Positions 1 through 10,053 are shown, counted from the stretch's first letter. The stretch is DNA of 64,000 bases from Gammaproteobacteria bacterium (GCA_963662545.2 CAXXLL010000003.1:2688001-2752000), one strand, 5' to 3'. The notes: a model not told the origin generated them from the letters alone. Numbers and translations are program-made.

Positions 1-1253
1 TTCGCCACTTCCGCGATGCCTTCCGGGCAGCTTACCCGGACGTGGAGGTCCTGTTCGCCAACAAGAGCGCCAACCAGCTCGCAGTGCGCCATATCCTCAA
101 CCAGGAAGGAGCTGGCGGCGACGCCTTCGGCCTCCAGGAGATGTACTATTCGCTGCTCACCGGCGCGGACACCTCCAAGATGGTGCTGAACGGCAGCAAC
201 AAGGAGGACGACGAGCTCGAGATGGCGGTCGCCAACAAGGTGTGCATCAACATCGACGCCATGGACGAGCTGGACCGCATCGACGCCGCTGCCAAGCGCC
301 TGGGCGTGACCGACGTGCCGCTCGGCATTCGCGTCAAGTTGATCCTCGATGATCTCAAGGATCGCTACGGCATACCGATCCACGGGTCGGGAAGCTTGCA
401 AGAGCAAGCGGCCGCACACAAGTGGGGCATGACCATGGACGAGACGGTGGAGCTGATCGGGCGCATCGACAAGATGCCCGACATGAACCTGGTCGAGCTC
501 CACTACCACCTGAGCCGCATGGACAACAAGGCGTCCGACTTCGCGGCGATGGCACGCGAAATGATCGTCTGGACAGACGAGATCCGCAAAAAGACCGGCT
601 GGACGGCGCCCTCCATCGACATCGGTGGCGGCTGGTCATTCGGCCGCCCGGGCGGTACCGGCCCCGAACGCCGGGACGACGAGAATGTGGCCACGTTCGA
701 GGACTACGGGACGGAAGTCTGCGAAGCGATCAAGGACGAGTGCAAGAAGCGGGACTTTCCACTGCCCAAACTCAAGATGGAGCCGGGGCACTCAATCTCG
801 GGCAGCGCCGGCGTCGCCATCGCCCGCATCGGCACCATCAAGAAGCATCCGACGAAGACGTGGATCAACTGCGACCTCAGCGCCAACATCATCAGCTTTG
901 TCAACTTCTGCCACTGGTACTTCCCGATCTATCCGGTCAAGAACGCCGAGGCGAAGCCAACCCAGGTGGCGGACCTCGTCGGTCCGTTGTGCATCTCCGA
1001 CGAGCTCGGAGTGGAGCGCGAGTTCCCGGAGCTCAAGCGCGGCGATTACGTCGCGATGCTGGATTGCGGCGGCTACACCGAATCGACGATGTCCCAGTTC
1101 AATGCCCAGCTTTGGCCAGCGACCGTGCTCGTCAACGGCACCCACGTCGACGTCATCACCGATCGCCAGCGACTGAGCGACGTGATGGGGCGCTCCAAGG
1201 TGCCGCCGCGGCTCCTCGACGGCAGCTACGGGCGGCTGCGCGAAAGCGGATAG
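1..1253 (+). CDS. Fold-type III PLP-dependent decarboxylase (diaminopimelate decarboxylase LysA-like); 5' end lies outside the window
   Basis: Motifs FANKS (PLP lysine), LNGSNK, HKWG, IDIGGG, EPG, VGPLC and GGYT; frame is open back to the window start. Confidence 0.85.
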   Translation, partial: RHFRDAFRAAYPDVEVLFANKSANQLAVRHILNQEGAGGDAFGLQEMYYSLLTGADTSKMVLNGSNKEDDELEMAVANKVCINIDAMDELDRIDAAAKRLGVTDVPLGIRVKLILDDLKDRYGIPIHGSGSLQEQAAAHKWGMTMDETVELIGRIDKMPDMNLVELHYHLSRMDNKASDFAAMAREMIVWTDEIRKKTGWTAPSIDIGGGWSFGRPGGTGPERRDDENVATFEDYGTEVCEAIKDECKKRDFPLPKLKMEPGHSISGSAGVAIARIGTIKKHPTKTWINCDLSANIISFVNFCHWYFPIYPVKNAEAKPTQVADLVGPLCISDELGVEREFPELKRGDYVAMLDCGGYTESTMSQFNAQLWPATVLVNGTHVDVITDRQRLSDVMGRSKVPPRLLDGSYGRLRESG

Positions 1254-1334
1254 GCGCGCCGGCGCCGCGACTCCGCGAGCCGGCGTTCCTTGCGATCACG
1301 GCGGCGTTTGGTCCGCGGGCGTCGCCGTTTCTCT

Positions 1335-1580
1335 TTAGCTGCGCGGCGCGCCGGCGATCTTGCGTTGGCGGTGCTCGATCGCGCCGACTCCGAGCGAGAG
1401 GATCGTCATGATGGCGGCCGCGACCGTCATCAACCCGACGGCGCCCTCCCAGTTTCCCGCGGCCGTCACAACCGCCGCCAGCGCCGGGAGCCCGGCGACG
1501 TTGCCGAGGTTGAAACCCTGGACCAAGAGCCCGTTCGTCGTCCCCACCTGGGCCGCCGTGGCGGCAAGGATCATGTCATC
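1335..1580 (-). pseudogene. C-terminal fragment of an MFS (CynX-like) transporter
   Basis: TNGLLVQGFNLGNVAGLPALAAVV...GNW followed by a last TM helix; no N-terminal part. Confidence 0.55.
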
Positions 1581-1784
1581 GTGTTGATGCCACCCTTCAA
1601 ACTTGAAACGATCGATACGGCTCCGGTTGCAATGCGATTCATCGGGGCCGGCGCGATATGCAACGAAGGAGAATGAACATGTACTCGCAACACCAGAGGC
1701 TGATCTTTCTCCCGTAATCCGATCCACTTTGTGTGAGGGATTTTCCTAATAATTATCATTGAACGGTCTTTTTTGCTTCATTAT

Positions 1785-4205
1785 TCATCGTTTTTCCTGA
1801 GCCGTCGGAACAGAAAGCGATTTGTCAGAAACGAAGCGCTTCAACACATTCTCGGTTATTTTCGATACGGCGTTTTCGTAGTTATTATAAGAAAGGCTTC
1901 CACACCAACTGATTGAACTCGCGGAAAATACCGCACCGTCGTTCGGCGTTTCAAAATAAACCATGTCGGCTTTCACCCATGTTCGGCCCGCCTCGCCCTG
2001 AGGCACGTTCGCGGCATCATTTATCATAACTTCCTCGATAGCATGTTGGTAGACGTTCGAGAAATCCTTAGCGGTTGCGAGCAGTAGCGCATGTGGTGGC
2101 GTACCCAGTACCCGATCAAAACGGTCGACTTCCATACCTGCGGCACCGTACTCGAACACGAGCGATGGATTGTCACCAATGCTTTCGTCTGGCCCGATCC
2201 CTTCGAAGATCCAAGCCGCGCGCGGGTCGAAGCTGTCCGATTGCCGATGAAACGGTCGCCCAGGACCAGCCCCCATTGCCGTAAACCCCACGCCGACCAA
2301 GGAGTTCGGTGGCCTCCCTCGGACCCGCCATAAACCGCCGGGCTCACCCGTCGTACTATGGTAATACTCGCCGGGCGCCGCTTCCCAGGTCTGACCCCCG
2401 CCATGGCGTCGTACTTCGACCGTGTGCCTTTGTTCGAGATCCATCGAGGTGACCCAATAGAAACCGTTGCCACCCAGATACATGAGACGACCGCCGCCTT
2501 GCAGATACGCCCTGAGTCCCTCCAGCATCTGACCCGACACGTATTCGGGATGGGTGCCGGTCAAGATGACATTGTATGGCTCCAGTAAAGCCTCGCCTTC
2601 CCAATGCAGGTCTCCGTCCGTAATCACGTCGTGGTCAAACGCTTTCTGTTCCAACCAGCCCACCAGATGCAGATCGGCGGTGAGTTGGTGTGGATACGCA
2701 ATCTCGTTCCAAACATCGACTAGCTTCGGTCGCATGTTCAGGATCGGCCTAAGCCGCGAGGAGTATGCCACGCCGCTGCCGTCAGAGTGCTTATCGTACA
2801 GGCTCAGAAGAGTCTTGTGCTCAATATCGGAATTGGCAGTTTGGCTAGATTCTAGAAAATTGGCATAGGCTAGATAACTAAAGGTGGGGATCAGTAATGC
2901 AATCTTCGAGGTAGCCGCGCCTTTCGTCGGTCGCACAAAGAAGGGAATGTAATCTTCGGTCTTTCCCGCGCGCAGGCGTGCCGCATAAACGCCGCTCTTC
3001 AGGTCGGCCGGTACGCGCAGCTCAAAGTCGGCCTCCCAGCTGGCATCATCCAAATCATCGTCATGAAAATAAATGGCACCGTATTCCGTCGGCGCATGTT
3101 TGAAATTCAATTCATTTCCTGACCACAAATGACCTGTCGCAGCCCGCATCGGCATCTGAACAGTGCGGCCATGTAAGTGATTCGGTCCTGTATCCGTCAC
3201 CTTGCGTGATGCAAAATCCAGGGAGAAATCCCAGGTCGCAACAGGATCGGTAGCGGGATCGCCCTGCCTCAGTGCGCCAATCTCAGAGGGAGACAGGGAT
3301 CGGCTAAAGATGCGCGGGCTTTCGATTTTCCCGTTGAAGTGACCGACCACTTGGCGTCGACTGGAAGATTCCGCCTGCCATGATCCGGCAATGAGCAGTG
3401 GCGCCTCATTGCGACCAATCGACCTTAACGGAGTAGTCTTGGTCACCAGGGCTTGTGTCGTGTCTCCGGGCCATTCTTGAAATGGCTCCTGATAGAGTCT
3501 TACCGTGCCGTTGGTCGCATCGAAGGTTGCAGCGACGAAGTACCAAGTTGTCGTTTGGACCATCTGCTGCCCGCCTAGGGATTGGTTCGCCGGCGTCCAT
3601 GCACGGAGGGGTTTACCTGTCCGGATCTTTACCGCCCGGCCGTTCTTATCGCCGATCCACAGCGCTAGACTGCCGTCCTCGTCAATGAAGAGCCCGTATC
3701 CTGTCTGCTCCGAAACAGACCATTTGGTGAGAATGCCCTGCACGCCCTTGAGCGGAGTGGTCGGTGCGATCCACGCTTGCAGCGTCAGATTACCTGTTGC
3801 ACGCAAGACAGGATGATCTATTACTTCAACGTAGGAGCCGTTGGGCAGGTCTTGATACCGCCCGGGGTATTCCTGATTGAGAGGTGAGTCAATAACGATT
3901 TCCTTGAACCCGGGACCGATGGGATTGTCATCCCCTTGGATCAGCCGGACCAGATCGGCCTGGTAACGGGGCAACTTGGAACTGACCATGAACTGGATTG
4001 TTTCCCCCGGCTGCACACTGAGACGATCGGCGTAACCGATCAGTTGCAGCTTGTCGGGGTTTTGAGCCACGCGGTTTTGAGCCACGCTGGTTGTTGTCTG
4101 GACTAAAAGAGCGATAAGCAAACAAACGACCACCCGGCCAATGTTCGATCTGGCATGGGACACCCTACGCTTTCTGATACCCGGTAAGACATAATCAAGC
4201 ATCAC
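1785..4205 (-). CDS. N,N-dimethylformamidase large (beta) subunit family protein with LamG domain and signal peptide
   Basis: GYADRLSV, YGAIYFHDDDL, PTFSYLAYAN, SLYDKHSDGSGV, GTHPEY, GGRLMYLGGNGFYW; 806 aa. Confidence 0.85.
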   Translation of the reverse strand: MMLDYVLPGIRKRRVSHARSNIGRVVVCLLIALLVQTTTSVAQNRVAQNPDKLQLIGYADRLSVQPGETIQFMVSSKLPRYQADLVRLIQGDDNPIGPGFKEIVIDSPLNQEYPGRYQDLPNGSYVEVIDHPVLRATGNLTLQAWIAPTTPLKGVQGILTKWSVSEQTGYGLFIDEDGSLALWIGDKNGRAVKIRTGKPLRAWTPANQSLGGQQMVQTTTWYFVAATFDATNGTVRLYQEPFQEWPGDTTQALVTKTTPLRSIGRNEAPLLIAGSWQAESSSRRQVVGHFNGKIESPRIFSRSLSPSEIGALRQGDPATDPVATWDFSLDFASRKVTDTGPNHLHGRTVQMPMRAATGHLWSGNELNFKHAPTEYGAIYFHDDDLDDASWEADFELRVPADLKSGVYAARLRAGKTEDYIPFFVRPTKGAATSKIALLIPTFSYLAYANFLESSQTANSDIEHKTLLSLYDKHSDGSGVAYSSRLRPILNMRPKLVDVWNEIAYPHQLTADLHLVGWLEQKAFDHDVITDGDLHWEGEALLEPYNVILTGTHPEYVSGQMLEGLRAYLQGGGRLMYLGGNGFYWVTSMDLEQRHTVEVRRHGGGQTWEAAPGEYYHSTTGEPGGLWRVRGRPPNSLVGVGFTAMGAGPGRPFHRQSDSFDPRAAWIFEGIGPDESIGDNPSLVFEYGAAGMEVDRFDRVLGTPPHALLLATAKDFSNVYQHAIEEVMINDAANVPQGEAGRTWVKADMVYFETPNDGAVFSASSISWCGSLSYNNYENAVSKITENVLKRFVSDKSLSVPTAQEKR

Positions 4206-4280
4206 TTTTATCCTCGGTTGTTTGTTTTAGTTTGGCGTCGAGTGTTTCGACAATTCATAAATTGGAGAAAAGGTGACAGG

Positions 4281-5620
4281 CTGAGGAATCCCCATAAAAC
4301 CCCAACGAAATACAAAGCGATAGATTGATTTGTGGGTTCGTGGAACCTGCATGGCTCGAGTTGATCTCAGTTGTTGCAAGACAATCTGTGAACGACGAGG
4401 TGAGCCATGCAGGTATTGAAATTGTTACATGAAATGAGCAGCGAAGCGCTATACGGTGTGCATTTGGGTCGTCGACTCTCGGTTTGGGCGGCGGTCGGCG
4501 GTTTACTTCGGGGCCGACGTTTGTGGCTGACGCATATCGGTCGGAGCATAGACAGTGGCACGAGCGAGAAACACGCGATTAAGCGCGTCGATCGCTTGCT
4601 GGGTAATCGTCAGCTCGGTGGTGAGCGTTTGCAGTGGTATCAATGGATAGCTCGGTTATTGGTATCGGACTGTGCGCATCCGGTGGTGTTGGTGGATTGG
4701 TCTAATCTGGATCAACGTCAAGAGCTCTATGTATTGCGGGCGGCCTTAGCGGTCGGTGGTCGAGCCATCCCCGTGTATGAAGAAGTCGAACACCATTACG
4801 CGAGTGTCAAAGCGGAGAAACGCTTTCTGAAGCGACTGAAGGCCATTCTGCCTGCGGGCTGTTGTCCGATCTTGGTCAGTGATGCAGGATTTCGGACGCC
4901 CTGGTTGAGTCTTGTGGCCTCAATGGGATGGTATTACGTGGGTCGCATCCGTCATCGTCACCTCGTGCGAGGTATGGATGAGGCGGCATGGCATTCGAAC
5001 AAAGTGCTCTACGGCCAAGCCAATGCTCGTCCGAAGTCACTGGGTCGTTTTTTGATCACGAAAAGTAATCCGCTGGACACCCATTTATTCGTTTACAAAG
5101 GTAAGAAACGCGGGCGTGTCTGCTATACGGCTTACGGCAAACCGGCGCGGGCTCGCAATACCGAGAAACCGTCGGCAGCGGCGCGTGAGCCGTGGTTATT
5201 GGCCAGCAATCTGCCGGACAACCTTCGTAGTGCGCATCGGGTAGTTGCCGTGTATCGTCGCCGCATGCAGATTGAAGAGAGCTTCCGCGACATGAAGTCG
5301 CCCCGTTACGGCTTTGCACTTAGAGAAAACATGGGACGTGATCCCGAGAGAGTGGCGAACTTACTCTTGCTGTGCGCATTGGCCACACTGGCCCAATGGT
5401 TGGTCGGCTTGGTCGGTTACCAAACAGGTTTAGTGAAAGGTTTACAGGCCAATACCGAAAGACGTAAGCCCGTCCTATCCGTGGTATTCGTTGGTGCTCG
5501 CCTCATTGCCAAGCAACTTCAAATCCGGCGCTCAACTTTATTACAGGCGCTCCGGGATCTACAGGCACGCGCCATTGTGCAACTTGAATTTTGCTAGTCG
5601 AATTTGTGGGGATCCCTCAG
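4281..5620 (+). mobile_element. IS4 family, IS10-like insertion sequence (type A, intact)
   Basis: IRs CTGAGGAATCCCCA / TGGGGATCCCTCAG; 9-bp target duplication GGTGACAGG. Confidence 0.92.
4407..5597 (+). CDS. IS4-family DDE transposase
   Basis: IKRVDRLL, VDW, DAGF, EPWLL, Y-R-QIEESFRD-K (YREK signature). Confidence 0.92.
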   Translation: MQVLKLLHEMSSEALYGVHLGRRLSVWAAVGGLLRGRRLWLTHIGRSIDSGTSEKHAIKRVDRLLGNRQLGGERLQWYQWIARLLVSDCAHPVVLVDWSNLDQRQELYVLRAALAVGGRAIPVYEEVEHHYASVKAEKRFLKRLKAILPAGCCPILVSDAGFRTPWLSLVASMGWYYVGRIRHRHLVRGMDEAAWHSNKVLYGQANARPKSLGRFLITKSNPLDTHLFVYKGKKRGRVCYTAYGKPARARNTEKPSAAAREPWLLASNLPDNLRSAHRVVAVYRRRMQIEESFRDMKSPRYGFALRENMGRDPERVANLLLLCALATLAQWLVGLVGYQTGLVKGLQANTERRKPVLSVVFVGARLIAKQLQIRRSTLLQALRDLQARAIVQLEFC

Positions 5621-5634
5621 GGTGACAGGTTTAT

Positions 5635-5895
5635 TTGAGTGAACCATATCTCCAAAGTGACCCGGTGGGGCTTGCCGGTGGTATTAATACCTATGCCTAT
5701 GCCAACAGCAACCCCTTACGTTGGATAGATTTATATGGGTTAACTGCGACTTGTCCTCTAATTCCGCCTGGTTTAGGCGATTCGATGTGGACATCCGACC
5801 GCGGTTCACGCTTCTTTCATTGTGGCTTACGAGTTTTTAGGGAGAATCGCAAACCCACACCGTGCGACCCCACCGCAGAATGTGTTTATGACTGA
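5635..5895 (+). pseudogene. Orphan RHS core end plus truncated toxin tip
   Basis: [32 protein letters not shown] (RHS PxxxxDPxG-like motif). Confidence 0.85.
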
Positions 5896-6236
5896 CCCTG
5901 TCCGGCGCTGAACTCAAGGCCATCCTCGAAGACGTCGCTGATAACCTGTTCAATCCCGACCCGTATTTTCAGCAGGGCGGTGACATGGTGCGCACCGCCG
6001 GGATCGGTTATCGCCTGCGTGCACACGCGCAAGCCGGGGAGCGCATCGAGAATCTGACTAAGCTGCCAGGCCGCGATCCGATTGAAGCGTCGCGACAATA
6101 TGTGCTCACAGCTTGGGCCTCGGTCAACGAAAATGTCGAGGGCCCGGCGGTCTACGACGTCGTCAGCGAGCATATCGAGAACCTCGATGATGACGTCCAT
6201 GTAGCGCCGAACACCGCCGTGCAGTTCGTCGTCTAA
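5892..6236 (+). pseudogene. soxB: 3' fragment of thiosulfohydrolase SoxB
   Basis: ELKAILEDVADNLFNPDPYFQQGGDMVR...WASV...PAVYDVV matches the SoxB C-terminus. Confidence 0.8.
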
Positions 6237-6422
6237 TCAGGTCGCAAAGCCCCTGAATACGGTCAGTAGCGCGCGGATCTCCTGCACGAGATCGGGAGGC
6301 AGGTCATCGGCAGCCATCTCGAACGTCAGGGCCTGCTGGTCCGCGACCTCGATCACAGCTACCTCGCCCGCGAGCCGCACGATGACGATGGCCTGGCCCA
6401 GGTCCTCGGTCGTTCGATTACC

Positions 6423-6469
6423 TCGGCAACTGCTCCTGCGCTGCTCTACCTCCTGCATCCATGCAGTCG
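6423..6469 (-). repeat. 47-bp hairpin micro-insertion (also at 14646-14692 and 22309-22355 on +)
   Basis: Absent from the equivalent site at about 14007; reverse complement of CGACTGCAKGGATGCAGGAGGTAGAGCA...TTGCCGA. Confidence 0.85.
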
Positions 6470-6826
6470 TACCGCATCGCCTTCGGCCCCCGCCAGGGAC
6501 ACAAGGCCTTCATGCTACAAACGCGCCCCGCGCAAGATGAACACACACCTACCAGCGAGCGCTTGGCCAAGGCCGCGGGCTTCTCCCTACACGCGGGCGT
6601 GGCGGCCGAACCCTGGGAGCGCAACAAACTCCAACGTCTCGCCCGTTACCTCACTCGCCCCGCGATCGCAGAGCAACGCCTCGCGCTAACTGCACAAGGC
6701 CTCGTCAGGTACGAACTCAAAACCCCTTATCGCGACGCCACCACCCACGTGTTCTTCGAGCCCCTGGACCTCATGGCCCGCCTCGCCGCACTCATCCTCA
6801 AACCGCGCGTCAATCTGATCCGATTT

Positions 6827-6898
6827 GATGGGGAACATCCCTGTTCCCCACCCTTCGGGCAACCTTCGGTTGTCCAAATTTATTCCCGATAAATTTGT
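6827..6898 (+). repeat. 72-bp multi-hairpin micro-insertion (also at 14365-14436 and 22028-22099)
   Basis: Splits the IS91 RF|HGV motif; stems GGGGAACA/TGTTCCCC, CAAC-CTTCG-GTTG and CAAATTTAT/ATAAATTTG. Confidence 0.85.
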
Positions 6899-7017
6899 CA
6901 CGGTGTCTTTGCCCCGAATAGCCCGCATCGCGCCGCCGTCACGCCCGCCCGACGCGGCCGCAAGCAATCCGATGCAAAGCCCGACAAAACACCCGCCCAA
7001 CAACGCGCCGCCATATT

Positions 7018-7245
7018 GTGTACCGACGGGCTTTATTCATACTGGTTCTGGTATGGCAGATCGCAGCGGTCGTTGCCGCGGACGAGCGTACGCTGGCCAT
7101 CCTGCTGACGAACGACGACGGCTACGATTCCGCGGGGCTAAGCACATTGCGCGACGCATTGCTCGCGGACGGTCACCGGGTCACGGTGGTCGCGCCGCTG
7201 GCGCAACAAAGCGGCAGCGGCGTGAAAGTCACCCTGGGCACGTAT
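7018..7245 (+). pseudogene. surE: 5' fragment of a secreted SurE-family nucleotidase
   Basis: Signal peptide then ILLTNDDG, VVAP and QSGSG; ends abruptly. Confidence 0.8.
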
Positions 7246-7321
7246 AAGAAAAACAAAGCCCACGTGTCGATTAATCAGTTGTGAAGCGAAGGCCTGGGAC
7301 GAAGCTGGAAGAGAGGTTGTC

Positions 7322-8050
7322 GTGGGTCAGGTGCCGGCAATAGTTCGCACGCCGAAAGCATCGGTACGGGCAGAAAAAGTCGTATTGGTGATGAGCGCCT
7401 GGTCGGTACGCTGGGCCGCAATCCGCAAGGCGGTGGCGGTCGTCAGCGGCGACATCATCATGACGCCCCCCATCCCCAATGAACTCGAACAAATGGGCTG
7501 GACGGATGGCCTCGGCGTCTCCGACGGGCGCGCCCTCGGCATTACGCTCGTGGTCGCCGGTGCCGAGACGACGACCTTCCTGCTCGCGAACCTGCTATAC
7601 AACCTCGCCGTTATGCCCGCGGAGCGGATGGCGCTGTGCCGAGACCCGGCATTGATTCCTGCATTCATAGACGAGAGCTTGCGGCACTCGGGGCCGCCGC
7701 AGCGCCTGTTCCGGATCGCCACCCGGGATGTCGAGGTCGGCGGGTGCCTAATCAAAGCCGGCGAATGGGTGGCCCTGTTCTTCGGCGCCGCAAATCATGA
7801 CGCGGACGTGTTTCCGGAGCCGGCGCGCTTCGAGATGGCCCGCGAGAACGCGAATCGCCACCTGTCGATGGGTCTCGGTATCCACCACTGCCTCGGCTTC
7901 GCCGTCGCGAAGCTTGAGGCGGGCGCGCTTATCGAAGCGGTGCTCGGGCGATTTCCGGAGCTGCGACTCGGCGAAACCCTGCCGGTCCCGCAACGGACGA
8001 GCCTGCTGACGAATAGCTTCGAGGCGCTGACGATCAACTTCGACGGCTGA
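7322..8050 (+). pseudogene. Chimera: FAD-oxidoreductase internal piece fused in frame to the C-terminal half of a cytochrome P450
   Basis: [15 protein letters not shown]...GVSDGR, then AGAETT, ESLR and [13 protein letters not shown] (heme Cys). Confidence 0.75.
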
Positions 8051-8067
8051 TCCGGGAGATTGAGCAT

Positions 8068-8475
8068 ATGACGCAAAACAGCAACATCGAGATTACCCAG
8101 CAAATTTTCGCGGCGTTTGGTGCAGCCGATATTCCGGCCATACTCGCGCTGTTGACCGACGATGTCGTGATCGAGTTCTAGGGCCCCTCGACGATTCCCT
8201 ATGCCGGGACCTACCGTGGTAAAGCGGAGGCAACGCGTTTCTTTGACACCGTGCTAGCGTTCGTCGACGTCAACCAGTTCGAACCAAAGGAATTCCTCGC
8301 CGATGGCGACAAGGTCGTCGTGACCGGGCACCTCAACCTCAACGCGAAGTCGAACGGCGGCGAAATCGACTCCGATTTCGTGCATGTCATCACGTTGAGA
8401 GACCGTAAGTGGGCGCGCTTTCGCGATTTCATGGATACCGCCGCTGCCGTAAACGCATTCAGTGGCGAAGCCTGA
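8068..8475 (+). pseudogene. SnoaL/NTF2-like protein with an in-frame TAG at 8179-8181
   Basis: ATG after GGAG; AAFGAADIPAILALLTDDV...IPYAGTYRG...GDKVVVTG...FMDTA. Confidence 0.8.
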
Positions 8476-8568
8476 TAATGCTAAAAAGGATTACGACCAC
8501 ATTCGTCCGAAAAATGGCAAATTCGGTGTAAGATTGAGAGACAAAGGCACCCCTAAGGAGCGTTTACC

Positions 8569-9900
8569 ATGGTCGCATCAGTTAAGGCCGCATCCCTCGG
8601 GCTCGCGGTGTACGAACAAACCCGGTCACGTGAGCTATTTGAACGTGCCGAACGGGTCATCCCGGGGCAAAAGTACGGCGGTGCGGTGATCTGTCCGGCT
8701 GGAATGTGCGGTCATTACAGCCTGAACGCGATGGCTCCCGGGTACCCGATCTACTTCTCCGAGGCCCGCGGTGCACGATTCTGGGACGTCGATGGCAATG
8801 AATACGTGGATTACATGTGTGCCTACGGCCCGATGGTTCTCGGCTACAAAAACCCGGTGATCGACGAGGCCGTCCGCAAGCAGAACGAGAAATCCAACAC
8901 CGTCACCTTGGCTGCACCACTGATGGTAGAGCTCGCGGAATACCTGGTGGATCTGGTGCCGATCGCGGACTGGGCGTTCTTCTCCAAGAACGGCGGCGAC
9001 GCGACTGCCCAGTCTGTGATGGTGGCGAGGGCCGCCACGGGCCGCAAGAAGATCGTGACCGTCGCAGACGGCTATCACGGGGTAGCGGCGTGGATGCAGG
9101 GGCCGGGGGCCCCCGGAACCGTTGAGGAAGACTACCGGAACATCGTTACCGTGGACTGGAACGACGTGAAAGGTCTGGAGAACGTGGTGGCGGAGAACCC
9201 GGGAGAAATCGCCGCTTTTATATCGAGTCCGTATCACCACCCCCTGTTCATAGACAATGAGCTGCCCGCACCCGGGTACTGGGCCAATGTCGAGCGGATC
9301 TGCCGCAAGGAGGGCATCGTTATCATCGCCGACGATGTCCGTGCGGGCTTCCGTGCGCACATGGGGGGAAGCTGCGAGTACTTCGGATTCAAGCCGGACC
9401 TGATCTGCTTCGGCAAGGCCCTCGGCAACGGCGAGCCGATTGCCGCGCTGGTCGGGACCGATGCCATGCGCGATGCTGTAGCGAGTGTGTTCTACACCGG
9501 TACCCAGTTCTACAATGCAAGCCCGATGGCTGCCTCGCTCGCCACCCTGCGAGAACTGCAACGGATCGACGGACCGAACGTGATGCTGCAAACCGGTAAA
9601 AAGTTGACGGACGGCATGGTAGAGATCGCGAAGAACCACGGATTCGATCTCAAGGTGAGCGGGATGCCGAGCATGCCCTATCTGCGGCTCACCGACGAGG
9701 ATTCCCCGATCTGGACCGAGGGACTGGAAGCCATGCACACCGGTCTGCACGCGACATGGATCTCAGAATGCACCAGGCGGGGCGCGTTCTTTTCCTCGGT
9801 CCACAACCACTTCGTCTCGACGGCGCACGACCAGGCAGATCTGGAGCGAACCTGGGAGATCGTGGACGAGGCGTTCAAGGTAGTGAAGAACGCGAGGTAG
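8569..9900 (+). CDS. Class-III PLP aminotransferase (glutamate-1-semialdehyde aminomutase-like)
   Basis: WDVDGNEYVDY, YGP, YHG, DDVRAGFR, FGKALGNG; AAGGAG RBS. Confidence 0.88.
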   Translation: MVASVKAASLGLAVYEQTRSRELFERAERVIPGQKYGGAVICPAGMCGHYSLNAMAPGYPIYFSEARGARFWDVDGNEYVDYMCAYGPMVLGYKNPVIDEAVRKQNEKSNTVTLAAPLMVELAEYLVDLVPIADWAFFSKNGGDATAQSVMVARAATGRKKIVTVADGYHGVAAWMQGPGAPGTVEEDYRNIVTVDWNDVKGLENVVAENPGEIAAFISSPYHHPLFIDNELPAPGYWANVERICRKEGIVIIADDVRAGFRAHMGGSCEYFGFKPDLICFGKALGNGEPIAALVGTDAMRDAVASVFYTGTQFYNASPMAASLATLRELQRIDGPNVMLQTGKKLTDGMVEIAKNHGFDLKVSGMPSMPYLRLTDEDSPIWTEGLEAMHTGLHATWISECTRRGAFFSSVHNHFVSTAHDQADLERTWEIVDEAFKVVKNAR

Positions 9901-10053
9901 CAGTAAACGGGCACGACGACCGCGAGTCTCGCGGAGCGATCCGCCGAAGAACCGCAGGATTCTGACGGATCCCTGAAAGCTATAAGCCTTAGCGAAAAAA
10001 AATTTCAATCCGGAGAAACGTCCCAGCACTAGTGGCGAGAAACAACCAACAAG

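Larger units (their letters stand above)
4262..7014 (+). repeat. Composite module copy 1 (IS10-like + RHS tip + soxB 3' piece + IS91 remnant), repeated at about 10179-14552
   Basis: Near-identical sequence starting at TGGAGAAAAGGTGACAGG in both copies. Confidence 0.9.
6305..7014 (+). mobile_element. IS91/ISCR-family rolling-circle transposase remnant 1 (no ori end)
   Basis: GFSLHAGV, RLARYLTRP, LKTPYRD, FEPLD-MARLAAL, RF-HGVFAPN; interrupted by 47-bp and 72-bp inserts. Confidence 0.88.

Noticed and set aside
422-1411. Long overlapping ORFs (422-1411, 8635-9750, 42016-42753, 57440-58327 and similar)
   Set aside because: Alternate-frame or antisense shadows of GC-rich genes with no recognisable motifs
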